Below, piece after piece: positions 46,294 through 55,852 of a stretch of DNA of 64,000 bases. The stretch is from NCBI GenBank assembly GCA_001782165.1, contig MFNV01000009.1:122283-186282 (forward strand). Reading direction: 5' to 3'. Every line of letters starts with the position of its first letter. Position 1 is the stretch's first letter. Source of the stretch: Candidatus Levybacteria bacterium RIFCSPHIGHO2_01_FULL_41_15. GTDB lineage: Bacteria > Patescibacteriota > Microgenomatia > Levybacterales > UBA12049. A program made the position numbers and the translations under genes. A model generated the notes under the pieces. That model was not told the DNA's origin. It ran no database searches and worked only from the letters and a program-made list of their open reading frames with translations.

Positions 46294-47979
46294 TTACCAG
46301 CTTGTCCTAAGGTGGTTCATGGCGTAGTTTAGGTCGCCGGAGACTTTTTTGCGGGGGTTGAAGATATTTTGGGGGTCGAAGATTTTTTTTGTTTCCTCAA
46401 AAAGCTTTACAATTTCTTCTCCATACATTTGCTTAAGATACGGAGTTCGTATCAATCCATCATTGTGCTCTCCGGTTGTTGACCCCTTATACTTTGCGAC
46501 AATTTTATAAACCTGGTTTGAAATCTGGGGAATTGCTTCTCGGACATTTGGATTATTAATATCAACCAGAGGAATGATATGAAAGTTTCCATCTCCCACA
46601 TGCCCTGCGACAGTGAAGATGAATTCCGGATGTTTTTTCAGGATATCAGTCACTTGGGGTACTACTTCTGTAATATATTCAGGTTTAATAACAAAGTCAT
46701 CTATAAAAGGTGCTGTGTGTTTATCTCGAATTTTCTTGCGAAGCAGATTGAAACTCTCGCGCCGGACAAGCCAATATCTTTTCTCCTGTCCTTCCAAAGC
46801 TGTCTGGGTTGTGGGATGAAGCGGTTTGAGTTTTTCCCGAAGTGTCGCCACTTTTCCCTTAACCTCCGAAAGATCGTCGCTTGTAAAATCAACTTGAAGA
46901 ACCAGTTTGGGAAGACTTCTTCCGGTAAACAAATCAAAAAAAGCTGGCAAAAATGCAATGCCTGCTTCAATTGATCCTAGAAAACCTAATTGTTTTGTAA
47001 ATTCCGGAAAATATTTAAGCGCGAGTTTTAATGTATTGTCATCATACGATTCAAAACTTTCCGGCTCAAGATCAAGAACCTCTTTTATAATCTGTCCAAG
47101 GGCAGACATGTCATGAAGAAAAATTATTAACATATCACGATGCTTATGAATGGGTACAAGTCCCAAGTCTCCTTCTAAAAACATTCCCAGAGTTCCTTGC
47201 GCTCCGACAAAAAGTCTAGTAAGATCAAATATTTTTTTGTCTTTGTCCCATACATTCCAAAGATAGTAGCCTGCGGAGTTTTTTGAAACCTGTGGCTTTG
47301 CTTTCAATAACAGTTCGTAGTTATTAGTTATTAGTTCATAGATTTTTTTATAGATTTCTCCTTCGTAATCTTTTTGTTTTAATTTTTGCTCGAGTTCCTT
47401 TTCATTTAGCGGCCTAAACTCGTATTCGTTTCCATCAGATAGAACAACTTTTAATCTTCTTACATAATTTTCGGTCTTTCCATACTTAAGGGATTTTTCT
47501 CCTCCCGCATTGTTGTTGAAGATTCCTCCCATTGCGCATAATTCCCTAGATGCAGGATATGAGGGGAAAATTAGATTATATTTAAGAGTCTCCTTTTCAA
47601 AATCCCTGTAAAAAACTCCCGGTTGAGTTGTCGCTATATTTCCGTTTACGGCCGGGGTTTTATTAAAGTATTTGCCAAAAGCAACGATAATAGATTCATT
47701 AATTGATCCGCCTCCCATGTCTGTCCCTGCGGCGCGTGCGGTAAGGGAAAGAGTGGGATTATTTTTTTTATTATCATTAACAAACTTAACCAGAGCTTTC
47801 ACATCTTCGTCATCTTTTGGGAAAACTACAGCTTGAGGCTTTACTTCAAAAAGCGAAGCATCGTGGGAGTAGTCGGAGAGGGTTTGATTATCGGTTATAA
47901 CGTCACCTTTAATCAATGTCTTAAGTTTATCGAGTAATTCTTGATCCATAAATTCCAAATCCAAAATCTCAAATAACAA
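46294..47979 (-). CDS. FAD-linked oxidase (GlcD / D-lactate dehydrogenase-like)
   Basis: 561 aa with FAD_binding_4 (ARAAGTDMGGGS) and a C-terminal HVGDGNFHI block. Confidence 0.75.
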   Translation of the reverse strand: MLFEILDLEFMDQELLDKLKTLIKGDVITDNQTLSDYSHDASLFEVKPQAVVFPKDDEDVKALVKFVNDNKKNNPTLSLTARAAGTDMGGGSINESIIVAFGKYFNKTPAVNGNIATTQPGVFYRDFEKETLKYNLIFPSYPASRELCAMGGIFNNNAGGEKSLKYGKTENYVRRLKVVLSDGNEYEFRPLNEKELEQKLKQKDYEGEIYKKIYELITNNYELLLKAKPQVSKNSAGYYLWNVWDKDKKIFDLTRLFVGAQGTLGMFLEGDLGLVPIHKHRDMLIIFLHDMSALGQIIKEVLDLEPESFESYDDNTLKLALKYFPEFTKQLGFLGSIEAGIAFLPAFFDLFTGRSLPKLVLQVDFTSDDLSEVKGKVATLREKLKPLHPTTQTALEGQEKRYWLVRRESFNLLRKKIRDKHTAPFIDDFVIKPEYITEVVPQVTDILKKHPEFIFTVAGHVGDGNFHIIPLVDINNPNVREAIPQISNQVYKIVAKYKGSTTGEHNDGLIRTPYLKQMYGEEIVKLFEETKKIFDPQNIFNPRKKVSGDLNYAMNHLRTSW

Positions 47980-48078
47980 ATAAATTCAAAGCTACAATTT
48001 CCAAAATCGAAAACGATCTTGAATTTTGAGATTAGAATTTAGATATTATTTAGGATTTGGTGCTTTGAATTTGTAATT

Positions 48079-49068
48079 TTATTTCCTTGCTATCACTTTT
48101 TTCACAGCCTCAATTATTGAGGGTGCGTCCATTTTGTATTTTGCCATGAGTTCTTTTGGAGTTCCGGATTCTGCAAAAGTATCCTGAAGGCCGACAAATT
48201 CCATAGGAGTAGGATTATTTTTTGCCAGAACTTCTGCGATTGCACCTCCCAAGCCTCCCATAACTTGATGATCTTCAACTGTTACGATAGTTCCGGTTTT
48301 TTTTGAAAGCTCAATAATCGATTTTTCATCGATTGGTTTAACTGTTGAAACATTTGCGACTAGAACATGGACATTTTCTTTTTCGAGTTCTTTTGCCGCC
48401 AAGAGAGCATTATAAAGAATATGCCCTGTTGCAAAAATAACTGTTTGAGGATTCTCAGAGTCCCAAAATGTTTGGATTTTTCCTACTTCAAAATGAGTTT
48501 CGTCGGTGGTAATTACAGGTGTCTTATCTCTCGTAAATCTCAAATAAACAGGACCTTCAATTTCGGCAGATTTAATTGTTGCTTTTTTTGCCTCAATTGC
48601 ATCACAGGGAACAAAAATTGTAAGACCCGGCCAGGCGCGAGTTATTGCAATATCCTCTGTTGCCTGATGAGTTGCTCCGTCAGGACCAGTCACGACTCCG
48701 GAGTGATGTCCTGCGATTTTTACATTAGACTGGTTATATATAATAGTAGTGCGAATCGTTTCCCAGTTTTTGCCGGGAGAAAAAGTTGCGTAAGAAGATA
48801 TGAAAGGAATTTTGCCGCTTATTCCAAGCCCTGCTGCAATAGCCGCCATGTTTTGCTCGGCGACTCCACATTCAAAAAATCTATCAGGAAATTTTTTCTC
48901 AAATTTTTCTGTCTGTGTTGATTCTGACAAGTCTGCTGTTAAAACCACAACATTTGGATTTTTTTCTCCAAGTTCAACCAAACCCTCCCCATAACCTGTC
49001 CTTGTTGCCTTCTGCTCTACATTTTCATCAAATATTTTTGGGCTTAGCTTAAGGTATAGATTTAACAT
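48079..49068 (-). CDS. transketolase, C-terminal subunit (pyrimidine-binding + C-terminal domain)
   Basis: 329 aa, split-transketolase architecture. Confidence 0.85.
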   Translation of the reverse strand: MLNLYLKLSPKIFDENVEQKATRTGYGEGLVELGEKNPNVVVLTADLSESTQTEKFEKKFPDRFFECGVAEQNMAAIAAGLGISGKIPFISSYATFSPGKNWETIRTTIIYNQSNVKIAGHHSGVVTGPDGATHQATEDIAITRAWPGLTIFVPCDAIEAKKATIKSAEIEGPVYLRFTRDKTPVITTDETHFEVGKIQTFWDSENPQTVIFATGHILYNALLAAKELEKENVHVLVANVSTVKPIDEKSIIELSKKTGTIVTVEDHQVMGGLGGAIAEVLAKNNPTPMEFVGLQDTFAESGTPKELMAKYKMDAPSIIEAVKKVIARK

Positions 49069-49160
49069 AACAATTCAAAATTCATAATTTAGAGTTCAGA
49101 ATTTAAATTTAAAGTTTAGGATTCTCTTAATTCTTAATTCTGCATTCTAGATTCTAAATT

Positions 49161-50024
49161 CTATTGGTGTTCGCTTCTTATTTTTCCCTGTAAAGTCCTA
49201 AGTTCGTCGAGGGCTTTTTTTGCCTCCTCTTTGTTCGGCGGTTTTCCGTGCCAGTGAAAGTCTTTTTCCATAAAATCAACACCTTTTCCCGGAATTGTGT
49301 GGGCAATAATAACTGTTGGTTTTTCAAAGACAGCCCGAGCTTCTTTTACGGAATCTATAAAAGCTCTGATATTATTTCCATCAACTTCTAGGACTTTCCA
49401 ATTAAATGTTTCATACTTTTGCCTTAAAGGTTCAAGAGGCATTACATCTTCTGTGAAGCCATCGATCTGGATGTTATTTCTGTCTATTACAACTGTTAAA
49501 TTATTTAACCTATGTTTTCCTGCAAACATTGCCGCCTCCCAAGCGTTTCCTTCCTGATGTTCGCCGTCTGATGTTATGCAATAAATATGATACTTTTTAT
49601 TATCAAGACTTGCGGCAAGTGCCATACCGATTGACTGAGAAATACCTTCTCCCAAAGGACCTGATGTCGTCTCGACTCCGGGAAGTGAGGTTCTATGAGG
49701 ATGTCCCTGAAGACGGGAATTTATTTTTCTTAAGGTTTTTAATTCCTCCAATGGAAAATAACCAGCAAGTGCCATGGTGACATAGCGAACCGGACAAATA
49801 TGTCCGTTTGAGAGAATTAGTCTGTCACGATCTTCCCAGTCGGGATTTTTCGGATCGTGATTTAGAATATGAAAATAAAAGGCTGTGAAGATATCCGCCA
49901 TTCCTAAAGGGCCTGCAGAATGTCCGGAGCCTGCTTCCAAGAGAGTTTCTATTATAAGCTCCCGGGTCCGGACTGCTTTTAATTCAAGTTCTTTAAGTTT
50001 TTTTTCGTGAAGTTCGGGAATCAT
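49161..50024 (-). CDS. transketolase, N-terminal subunit (TPP-binding)
   Basis: 287 aa; GHSAGPLGMADI... and GDGE..EG motifs. Confidence 0.85.
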   Translation of the reverse strand: MIPELHEKKLKELELKAVRTRELIIETLLEAGSGHSAGPLGMADIFTAFYFHILNHDPKNPDWEDRDRLILSNGHICPVRYVTMALAGYFPLEELKTLRKINSRLQGHPHRTSLPGVETTSGPLGEGISQSIGMALAASLDNKKYHIYCITSDGEHQEGNAWEAAMFAGKHRLNNLTVVIDRNNIQIDGFTEDVMPLEPLRQKYETFNWKVLEVDGNNIRAFIDSVKEARAVFEKPTVIIAHTIPGKGVDFMEKDFHWHGKPPNKEEAKKALDELRTLQGKIRSEHQ

Positions 50025-50281
50025 CCTAATTCTATATTACAGTTTATTTATTAGGCTTTGCAAACAGTTTCATCTTCTTTTCTGCCGAGAAAGCCTATTC
50101 TGTACTTTTGTACCGGCAAAAGTACCAAAAACTCTCGACAAGCCTCCTCTCGTGCTTTCAGATTAAAACTCACTTAACGTGGGAACCCTCCCGTTAGGGA
50201 ATCCCACAGTTGCGCTCATTTAATCCTTCATGCACTCGACGCCAGATTGTCAATTAATAACTGTGGAATGGCAAAATAAAA

Positions 50282-51556
50282 CTAGTCTTTTAAAACAATC
50301 ATGAGGTCCGAGACGTTTGAGGGAAGGCGGCCGGTTTCAATTCCGTCTCCTGTTTTTTGGAAAAATTCTAAACTATTGTTATTGTCCAAAAATTCTTGCG
50401 GATTTAAGTTTAATTTTTTTGCTTTTTCTAAGGTCTCAATGTCTCCGATAGCTCCGGCAAAAGGAGAGTTATCCCAACCATCTGAGTCAAAAGAGCAAAT
50501 TACAGTTTTGTCATCTATATTTGAAAGTGCGCCGAGAACTACTTCCTGATTTCTACCGCCTTTTCCAGAACCTGTTACCTTTACAGTTGTCTCGCCCCCA
50601 ATAAGAAGAATAGAGCTTGGAGTAGTTTTACTTACAAGGTCCGACCCTGTATTTCTTGCTTCACCCTGGAATTTATCGCTTAGAATTTCTGCTTTAAAAC
50701 CTAGCTCTTCCGCTTTTTTCTTCATTGCCTCAAGAGCTGTTAAATTGCTTAAAATTAAAATATTTGAAATTTTTTCAAAATATTTATCCTCCTTAGGAGT
50801 TTCTGTTAAATAGTCCTTGGTAACAAGGTCCGACCTTGTTAAGCTTGTTGAGATTGAAAGAGCGTCATCAATAGTTGTCGGGTCTTTAACAGTTGGTCCT
50901 GAAGATATGACAGAAAGATCATTGCCGGGGACATCAGATGCGATTATACTTACAATGGTTGCGGGGTAAAGATGCTTAGCAAGTCCTCCTCCTTTTACAC
51001 TTGATAAATGTTTTCTTACTGTATTCATTTCTTTGATATTTGCACCTGATTTAAGAAGGGCATCATTAATTTGTATTAGTTTTTCAAGATCAACACGGTA
51101 TGGTTTTTCAAATAGGGCAGAACCTCCTCCTGTTATTACTACTATTACCAAGTCTTTTCTTGTAGGATTAATTTCAGTAAATCTCTTTATCAAACTGTCG
51201 GTAAAATCAACATTAGTTTGTGAGGGGAGGGGATGGGTGCCTTGGGTAAATTTTATTTTTTTAAAATCTTCAGAGTTTGTGTCTATAACATAACTCTCAA
51301 CCAGTCTGTTCCCTAACTTTTCCTTAATTAGTCTTGAGTTTTTCGCCGACCCTTTCCCAAAACCTATTAAAAATATTCTCTCAAAGCCTCCTAAGTCAAA
51401 TGACTTATCACTAATTCCTAAAATATTGTTTTCTAATTTAATACTATTATTAATAACATTTTCCGGCTGAATTGATGAAAGAGCAGTTTCTACAAGCTCC
51501 AAGACAATCTTCCTCTGTGGTCTTGTCGCAATCTTCTCAAAATTCCTAATAAACAT
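50282..51556 (-). CDS. glycerate kinase (MOFRL family)
   Basis: 424 aa with MOFRL family domain architecture (DUF4147-like N, MOFRL C). Confidence 0.65.
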   Translation of the reverse strand: MFIRNFEKIATRPQRKIVLELVETALSSIQPENVINNSIKLENNILGISDKSFDLGGFERIFLIGFGKGSAKNSRLIKEKLGNRLVESYVIDTNSEDFKKIKFTQGTHPLPSQTNVDFTDSLIKRFTEINPTRKDLVIVVITGGGSALFEKPYRVDLEKLIQINDALLKSGANIKEMNTVRKHLSSVKGGGLAKHLYPATIVSIIASDVPGNDLSVISSGPTVKDPTTIDDALSISTSLTRSDLVTKDYLTETPKEDKYFEKISNILILSNLTALEAMKKKAEELGFKAEILSDKFQGEARNTGSDLVSKTTPSSILLIGGETTVKVTGSGKGGRNQEVVLGALSNIDDKTVICSFDSDGWDNSPFAGAIGDIETLEKAKKLNLNPQEFLDNNNSLEFFQKTGDGIETGRLPSNVSDLMIVLKD

Positions 51557-51728
51557 TTGATTTTAGTTTATATTTATCCCAAGCTATTGACAACAGCTTA
51601 TAGTTATGAAAATTCTTGTCATTATACCAATGTTATAACGTTGTTATAACATAATATTCTTGACAGGAATTTATAATGGGCATACTATATTTATATAATA
51701 GTTTTTATATAGTCTTGGCAGACATCCT

Positions 51729-52436
51729 ATGAGCGTTGAAGGCGCCCGGGTTCTTCATTTCTTTGATAGATACAGGAGGTTTAGCCCCCAAGTCCCCCCT
51801 CCCGCAAAAGCAGAAATAGTTTCCATCTCTGATATAAGAATCAAAAGAGAGGAAAGAGTTTTAAAAGAACAGATAGCAAGATTTGTAGAGGAGTTTGGCT
51901 TTCATAGAGAGTTGGATATGTCAGAGGAGGATTACTGCGCCTCTTTCCCAAAACCAGCCCAAAAGCCAGAGGAATATAGTGCTAGATTTGATATTACTCT
52001 TCCTATTGACCCTAGAATTCCGCTACAAACCTTGCATAGACTTGCGGGAATTTATGACTATTATTTTGAAGCACTAAATGTTGTAGACCTAAAACACCCT
52101 CCTACTAGAAAACCTTATATTATTTATCTTAGAAGCGAGACTCATGCCCTCAATTCAATAGAAGAGGGAATGGCAAGTCTTAAAGAAGATGAGGGAGATC
52201 CCACGTGGCGTGAAGTTGTCCTTTTCTATCTATTGCATTATAGAGAGCATCCTGAACCTCATTCTATTGTCCGATCGTTTAGGGCAGCAAGTTCGCGTCT
52301 TATAATTGAGGACGGAGAATTAGTACCCGTTCTTGAAATGTACCACGATAAGCCAATAGCCCGAGGCAGGACTATTGATTCTTTCTATCCACATAGGGCT
52401 TTAATTCGTGGAAATATAATAAATGTTGCTGCTTAA
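51729..52436 (+). CDS. hypothetical protein
   Basis: 235 aa with no recognised motif. Its GC content appears higher than surrounding genes. Confidence 0.35.
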   Translation: MSVEGARVLHFFDRYRRFSPQVPPPAKAEIVSISDIRIKREERVLKEQIARFVEEFGFHRELDMSEEDYCASFPKPAQKPEEYSARFDITLPIDPRIPLQTLHRLAGIYDYYFEALNVVDLKHPPTRKPYIIYLRSETHALNSIEEGMASLKEDEGDPTWREVVLFYLLHYREHPEPHSIVRSFRAASSRLIIEDGELVPVLEMYHDKPIARGRTIDSFYPHRALIRGNIINVAA

Positions 52437-52489
52437 GTTTCTTCTTTCTGCCTCTTGATGTAATTTTTCCTGTCTCCTATACTAATTGT

Positions 52490-53569
52490 ATGATTCGCGT
52501 TGCTATAAATGGATATGGAAGAATAGGGAGAGTAGCTCATAGAGTAATTCTTGAGAAATATCTTTCGGAGATCGATGTTGTTGCGATAAATGCAGGCTCT
52601 TCAACTGATATAAAAGGGTGGATGTACCTGCTAAAGTACGATTCTTCATATGGACCATTAAGTTCAGAGTTCAGAGTTCAGAGTTCAGAGTTGAATGATT
52701 CAGAAAAAACAGGAATACTAAAAGATTGCATCGGTTATTTAATTATTAATGATAAAGAAATTCCGGTTTTTTCCCAGAAGGATCCAAGTCTTTTGCCATG
52801 GAAAGACTTAAATGTTGATGTAGTTATTGAATCAACAGGAGCTTTTACAAAAGAGGAAAAACTTAAGCATCATCTTGATGCAGGTGCAAAATCAGTAGTT
52901 TTATCAGCTCCTGCCAAAGATGGTGACGTTCCCACATATGTAATTTCAGTAAATTCCAAAGATTACAAAGGCGAAAAACTTATAAATAACGCTTCTTGCA
53001 CAACTAATTGCATAACACCGGTTGCAAAAGTAATTGTTGATAATTTTGGCGTCGAGAAGGCTATGATGACGACAATCCACGGATATACATCTGATCAGAG
53101 ACTTCAGGATGGCGGACATAAAGATTATAGACGCGCCCGAGCGGCAGCAGAAAATATAGTGCCAACATCAACCGGTGCCACAATTGCCGCTTCGCAAGCT
53201 CTGCCAGAACTTCAAGGATTATTCAGCGGACTTGCAATAAGAGTTCCTGTTGCGGTTGGGTCTTTATCGGATTTCACTTTTCTTTTAAAAAGGGAGACTT
53301 CAAAAGAAGAAGTAAATGAGATTTTTAGAAAGGCATCAACGGATCCCATATATAAAGGTATACTAGAGGTGACAGAAGATCCTATTGTATCATCTGATAT
53401 TATTGGGAATCCCCATTCCGCAATTGTAGATTTATCTCTGACGCAGGTAGTAGGAGGAAACATGCTTAAGGTAATTGCCTGGTACGACAATGAATACGGA
53501 TATTGCAATCGACTCGTTGAAGAAGTACTACTCGTTGGAAAATCACAAATACAAAGCACCAAATCCTAA
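52490..53569 (+). CDS. gap: glyceraldehyde-3-phosphate dehydrogenase, type I
   Basis: 359 aa with NGYGRIGR and ASCTTNC active site. A 7-nt (agttcag) x4 tandem repeat at 52661-52688 encodes the atypical insert SEFRVQSSEL. Confidence 0.9.
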   Translation: MIRVAINGYGRIGRVAHRVILEKYLSEIDVVAINAGSSTDIKGWMYLLKYDSSYGPLSSEFRVQSSELNDSEKTGILKDCIGYLIINDKEIPVFSQKDPSLLPWKDLNVDVVIESTGAFTKEEKLKHHLDAGAKSVVLSAPAKDGDVPTYVISVNSKDYKGEKLINNASCTTNCITPVAKVIVDNFGVEKAMMTTIHGYTSDQRLQDGGHKDYRRARAAAENIVPTSTGATIAASQALPELQGLFSGLAIRVPVAVGSLSDFTFLLKRETSKEEVNEIFRKASTDPIYKGILEVTEDPIVSSDIIGNPHSAIVDLSLTQVVGGNMLKVIAWYDNEYGYCNRLVEEVLLVGKSQIQSTKS

Positions 53570-53655
53570 ATAATAATTTAATTAAGTCCAAATGTCCAAA
53601 ATCCAAAACAGTTTTGGTATTAGAATTTTTTATTTTGTATTTATTTGTGATTTGT

Positions 53656-53703
53656 CCCGCTGGTAGTTTCCAGCCGGGATCCCGCAATTGCGGTGAGAAT
53701 TTT
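53656..53703 (+). repeat. 48-nt double-hairpin element, copy B
   Basis: gtcccgctggtagtttccagccgggatcccgcaattgcggtgag. Same two stem-loops as copy A with compensatory substitutions (ctga/tcag to ctgg/ccag; ccgcc/ggcgg to ccgca/tgcgg). It lies 87 nt after the gap stop; copy A lies 83 nt after the comF stop. Confidence 0.5.
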
Positions 53704-53758
53704 AGATTTAGAATTTGATTAAATTAATTAGTTTAATTAGAATAATTAGAAATTCACA

Positions 53759-54334
53759 ATGGTTGGTCTGCTAAATATTAAAAATATCACAATCTCGGGG
53801 AGAATTGGGTCTGGTGCAACAACTCTTGCTAAAAAACTTTCAAAAATTCTGGGTTGGGAGATGATTGAGGGAGGAGCGATAATGAGACGTACTCAACAGG
53901 AAGTAGGAGCCAGCATAATTGAGACAGACAAAAGACCGGATCATTTCGACCTTGAATACGAGGAAATGGTAAGGAAAATTTTAAAAGAAGAAGAGCACCG
54001 GATTGTCCAAAGCCATCTTGCAGGATTTGATGCAAAGAGGATAGATGGAGTTTTTAAAATCCTTCTTGTTTGTGATGATGAAAAAGGGCGTGATAAAAAA
54101 GAAATCCGTGTAGATAGACTCGTAAATAGAGATGGTATATCAGTTAAGAATGCAAAATTTGAAATTAACGAGCGGGAAAAAAGAAATTTGGATAAATGGA
54201 GAAGACTTTATGCGCAGGGCGATGAGGCTTGGGTTTACTGGGACAAAAAATACTATGATTTAGTCATTAACACATATTCTCACAATAAGGACGAAACACT
54301 AAGGATCGCATTAGATGCTATCGGATACAGATAA
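53759..54334 (+). CDS. cytidylate kinase-like family P-loop NMP kinase
   Basis: 191 aa with P-loop ISGRIGSGATTLAKKL, resembling the CMP-kinase-like family PF13189. Confidence 0.55.
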   Translation: MVGLLNIKNITISGRIGSGATTLAKKLSKILGWEMIEGGAIMRRTQQEVGASIIETDKRPDHFDLEYEEMVRKILKEEEHRIVQSHLAGFDAKRIDGVFKILLVCDDEKGRDKKEIRVDRLVNRDGISVKNAKFEINEREKRNLDKWRRLYAQGDEAWVYWDKKYYDLVINTYSHNKDETLRIALDAIGYR

Positions 54335-54428
54335 ATTTATTATTTTCTTCTTACCCCTACGCCCTATTGACTTTTAAAATCGAATAATATAAGATTATGT
54401 CCATTTACTAGAAACTCAGGTATAAGTA

Positions 54429-55220
54429 TTGTTTAAATATATCGAGTTTATTATATATATGGGAGGTCTAGAATTAAGAGTCGAAGGAAAGCATGGAGTG
54501 CCCAACGGTGTCAACGCCAAAGGGGAAAAACTTAGAAACGGCAATATTGAGGTAAGATTTGCTGATCTAGAGAAAGATGCTAAGGGTATCGTAGAGATTT
54601 GGAATCAGCCTTCTGTAATAGAGCATCTTGCAGGGGTCGGTCCTGCGAAAACTCCTCCAGAAGTTGATCTTAAAAGATATAGAAGACATCATCCATCTCC
54701 ACCTAATACACCTATTCTTATTGCAGTGCCGGATGAGATTAGAGGATCTTTCGAAAACAACCCCAGTATCACAACTATTGTAGCAATAGATAAGTCCTCA
54801 AATAGACTAGTTGGAACTATTCAGGTGGGGTTTGCCACAGGGCGGGGTATTACTGTGGCTTCTGTAGAAAGATTAGCTGTTTCCGAGGAAGCTCGGGGGA
54901 AAGGTATTGGCAAGAGGCTTTTAAGAACAGCTCATGCACTTATTTATACAGTAACAGATAAAGAAAAGCAGTACGTCTATACAGGTATTCGTGCAGGAAT
55001 TATAAATAATGCAAAAGGAGCAGATGCAGCATGGATGTTGTTTAAGGGTGCTGGATATGATCTTATCGGACAGCAAAAAAGTATTTGCGTAAGTTGGGAT
55101 AATGATGAGAGAAGGTTTGTTGCAAGAGATACATGGATAGTAGGAACAGGAAATATCCCTCCCTGGCGCAGAGTAGAGTTGCTTAAGTTTCTTCCCAAAG
55201 AGACTTCCCAGACCTCGTAA
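54429..55220 (+). CDS. GNAT-family N-acetyltransferase
   Basis: 263 aa with motif A RLAVSEEARGKGIGKRLL. The start is possibly the Met at 54459. Confidence 0.55.
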   Translation: MFKYIEFIIYMGGLELRVEGKHGVPNGVNAKGEKLRNGNIEVRFADLEKDAKGIVEIWNQPSVIEHLAGVGPAKTPPEVDLKRYRRHHPSPPNTPILIAVPDEIRGSFENNPSITTIVAIDKSSNRLVGTIQVGFATGRGITVASVERLAVSEEARGKGIGKRLLRTAHALIYTVTDKEKQYVYTGIRAGIINNAKGADAAWMLFKGAGYDLIGQQKSICVSWDNDERRFVARDTWIVGTGNIPPWRRVELLKFLPKETSQTS

Positions 55221-55264
55221 AACCTATTGATATTTACCAAACTTAGTGTTAAAGTAAAGGCGCT

Positions 55265-55852
55265 TTGGCAATGAGTAAATATTTGGACTTCTTTAAAACT
55301 GTCGGAAAATCGAAAAAACTTCCTCGTACCGGGTGGATTAGAGAAAAAATCAAAAACCCCGAAAGTGCTGCGGAACATTCCTTTAGAGTCGGAGTATTAT
55401 CTATGATTCTTGCAGAAAAACTGGAAGTTGAAAAAGATAAGCTTATGAAAATGGCCCTAATCCATGATTTGGGAGAAGCAGTTACAGGAGATCTAGTATG
55501 GATAAGATGGGGCGTGGTGGATTTAAAAGCAAGAGGAAAGAAAGAGGAGCAAGAAATAAGAGGAGTTATAAAACTTTTTAGCGGCATCGAAGAAGGAAAA
55601 AAATATATAAAGATTTTTGAAGAAATGATTCTCCGTTCTACAAAAGAGGCAAGACTTTTCTGGCAAATTGATAAATTAGAAATGGCTCTACAGGCTTTGG
55701 AGTATGAAGAGGAGCAAGGGAAAAATCTGGATGAGTTCTTTGCTACAGCTGATTTGTATGTTAAGCATCCGGTTTTAAGAGAAATATTTGATGAAATTTT
55801 AAGCCAGAGACCTGCTGCTAAGCAGAGGAAGATAGGATATGAAAGTAGCTGA
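55265..55852 (+). CDS. HD-domain phosphohydrolase (YfbR-like 5'-deoxynucleotidase family)
   Basis: 195 aa; AEHSFRVGVL...IHDLGEAVTGD. Confidence 0.7.
   Translation: MAMSKYLDFFKTVGKSKKLPRTGWIREKIKNPESAAEHSFRVGVLSMILAEKLEVEKDKLMKMALIHDLGEAVTGDLVWIRWGVVDLKARGKKEEQEIRGVIKLFSGIEEGKKYIKIFEEMILRSTKEARLFWQIDKLEMALQALEYEEEQGKNLDEFFATADLYVKHPVLREIFDEILSQRPAAKQRKIGYESS

Noticed and set aside
50040-50280. structured small RNA (SRP/6S/RNase P) in the tktN-glycerate kinase spacer
   Set aside because: A 9-bp hairpin (gtacttttg-taccgg-caaaagtac) and GC-rich sequence are present. None of the conserved SRP, 6S or RNase P motifs were found by eye.
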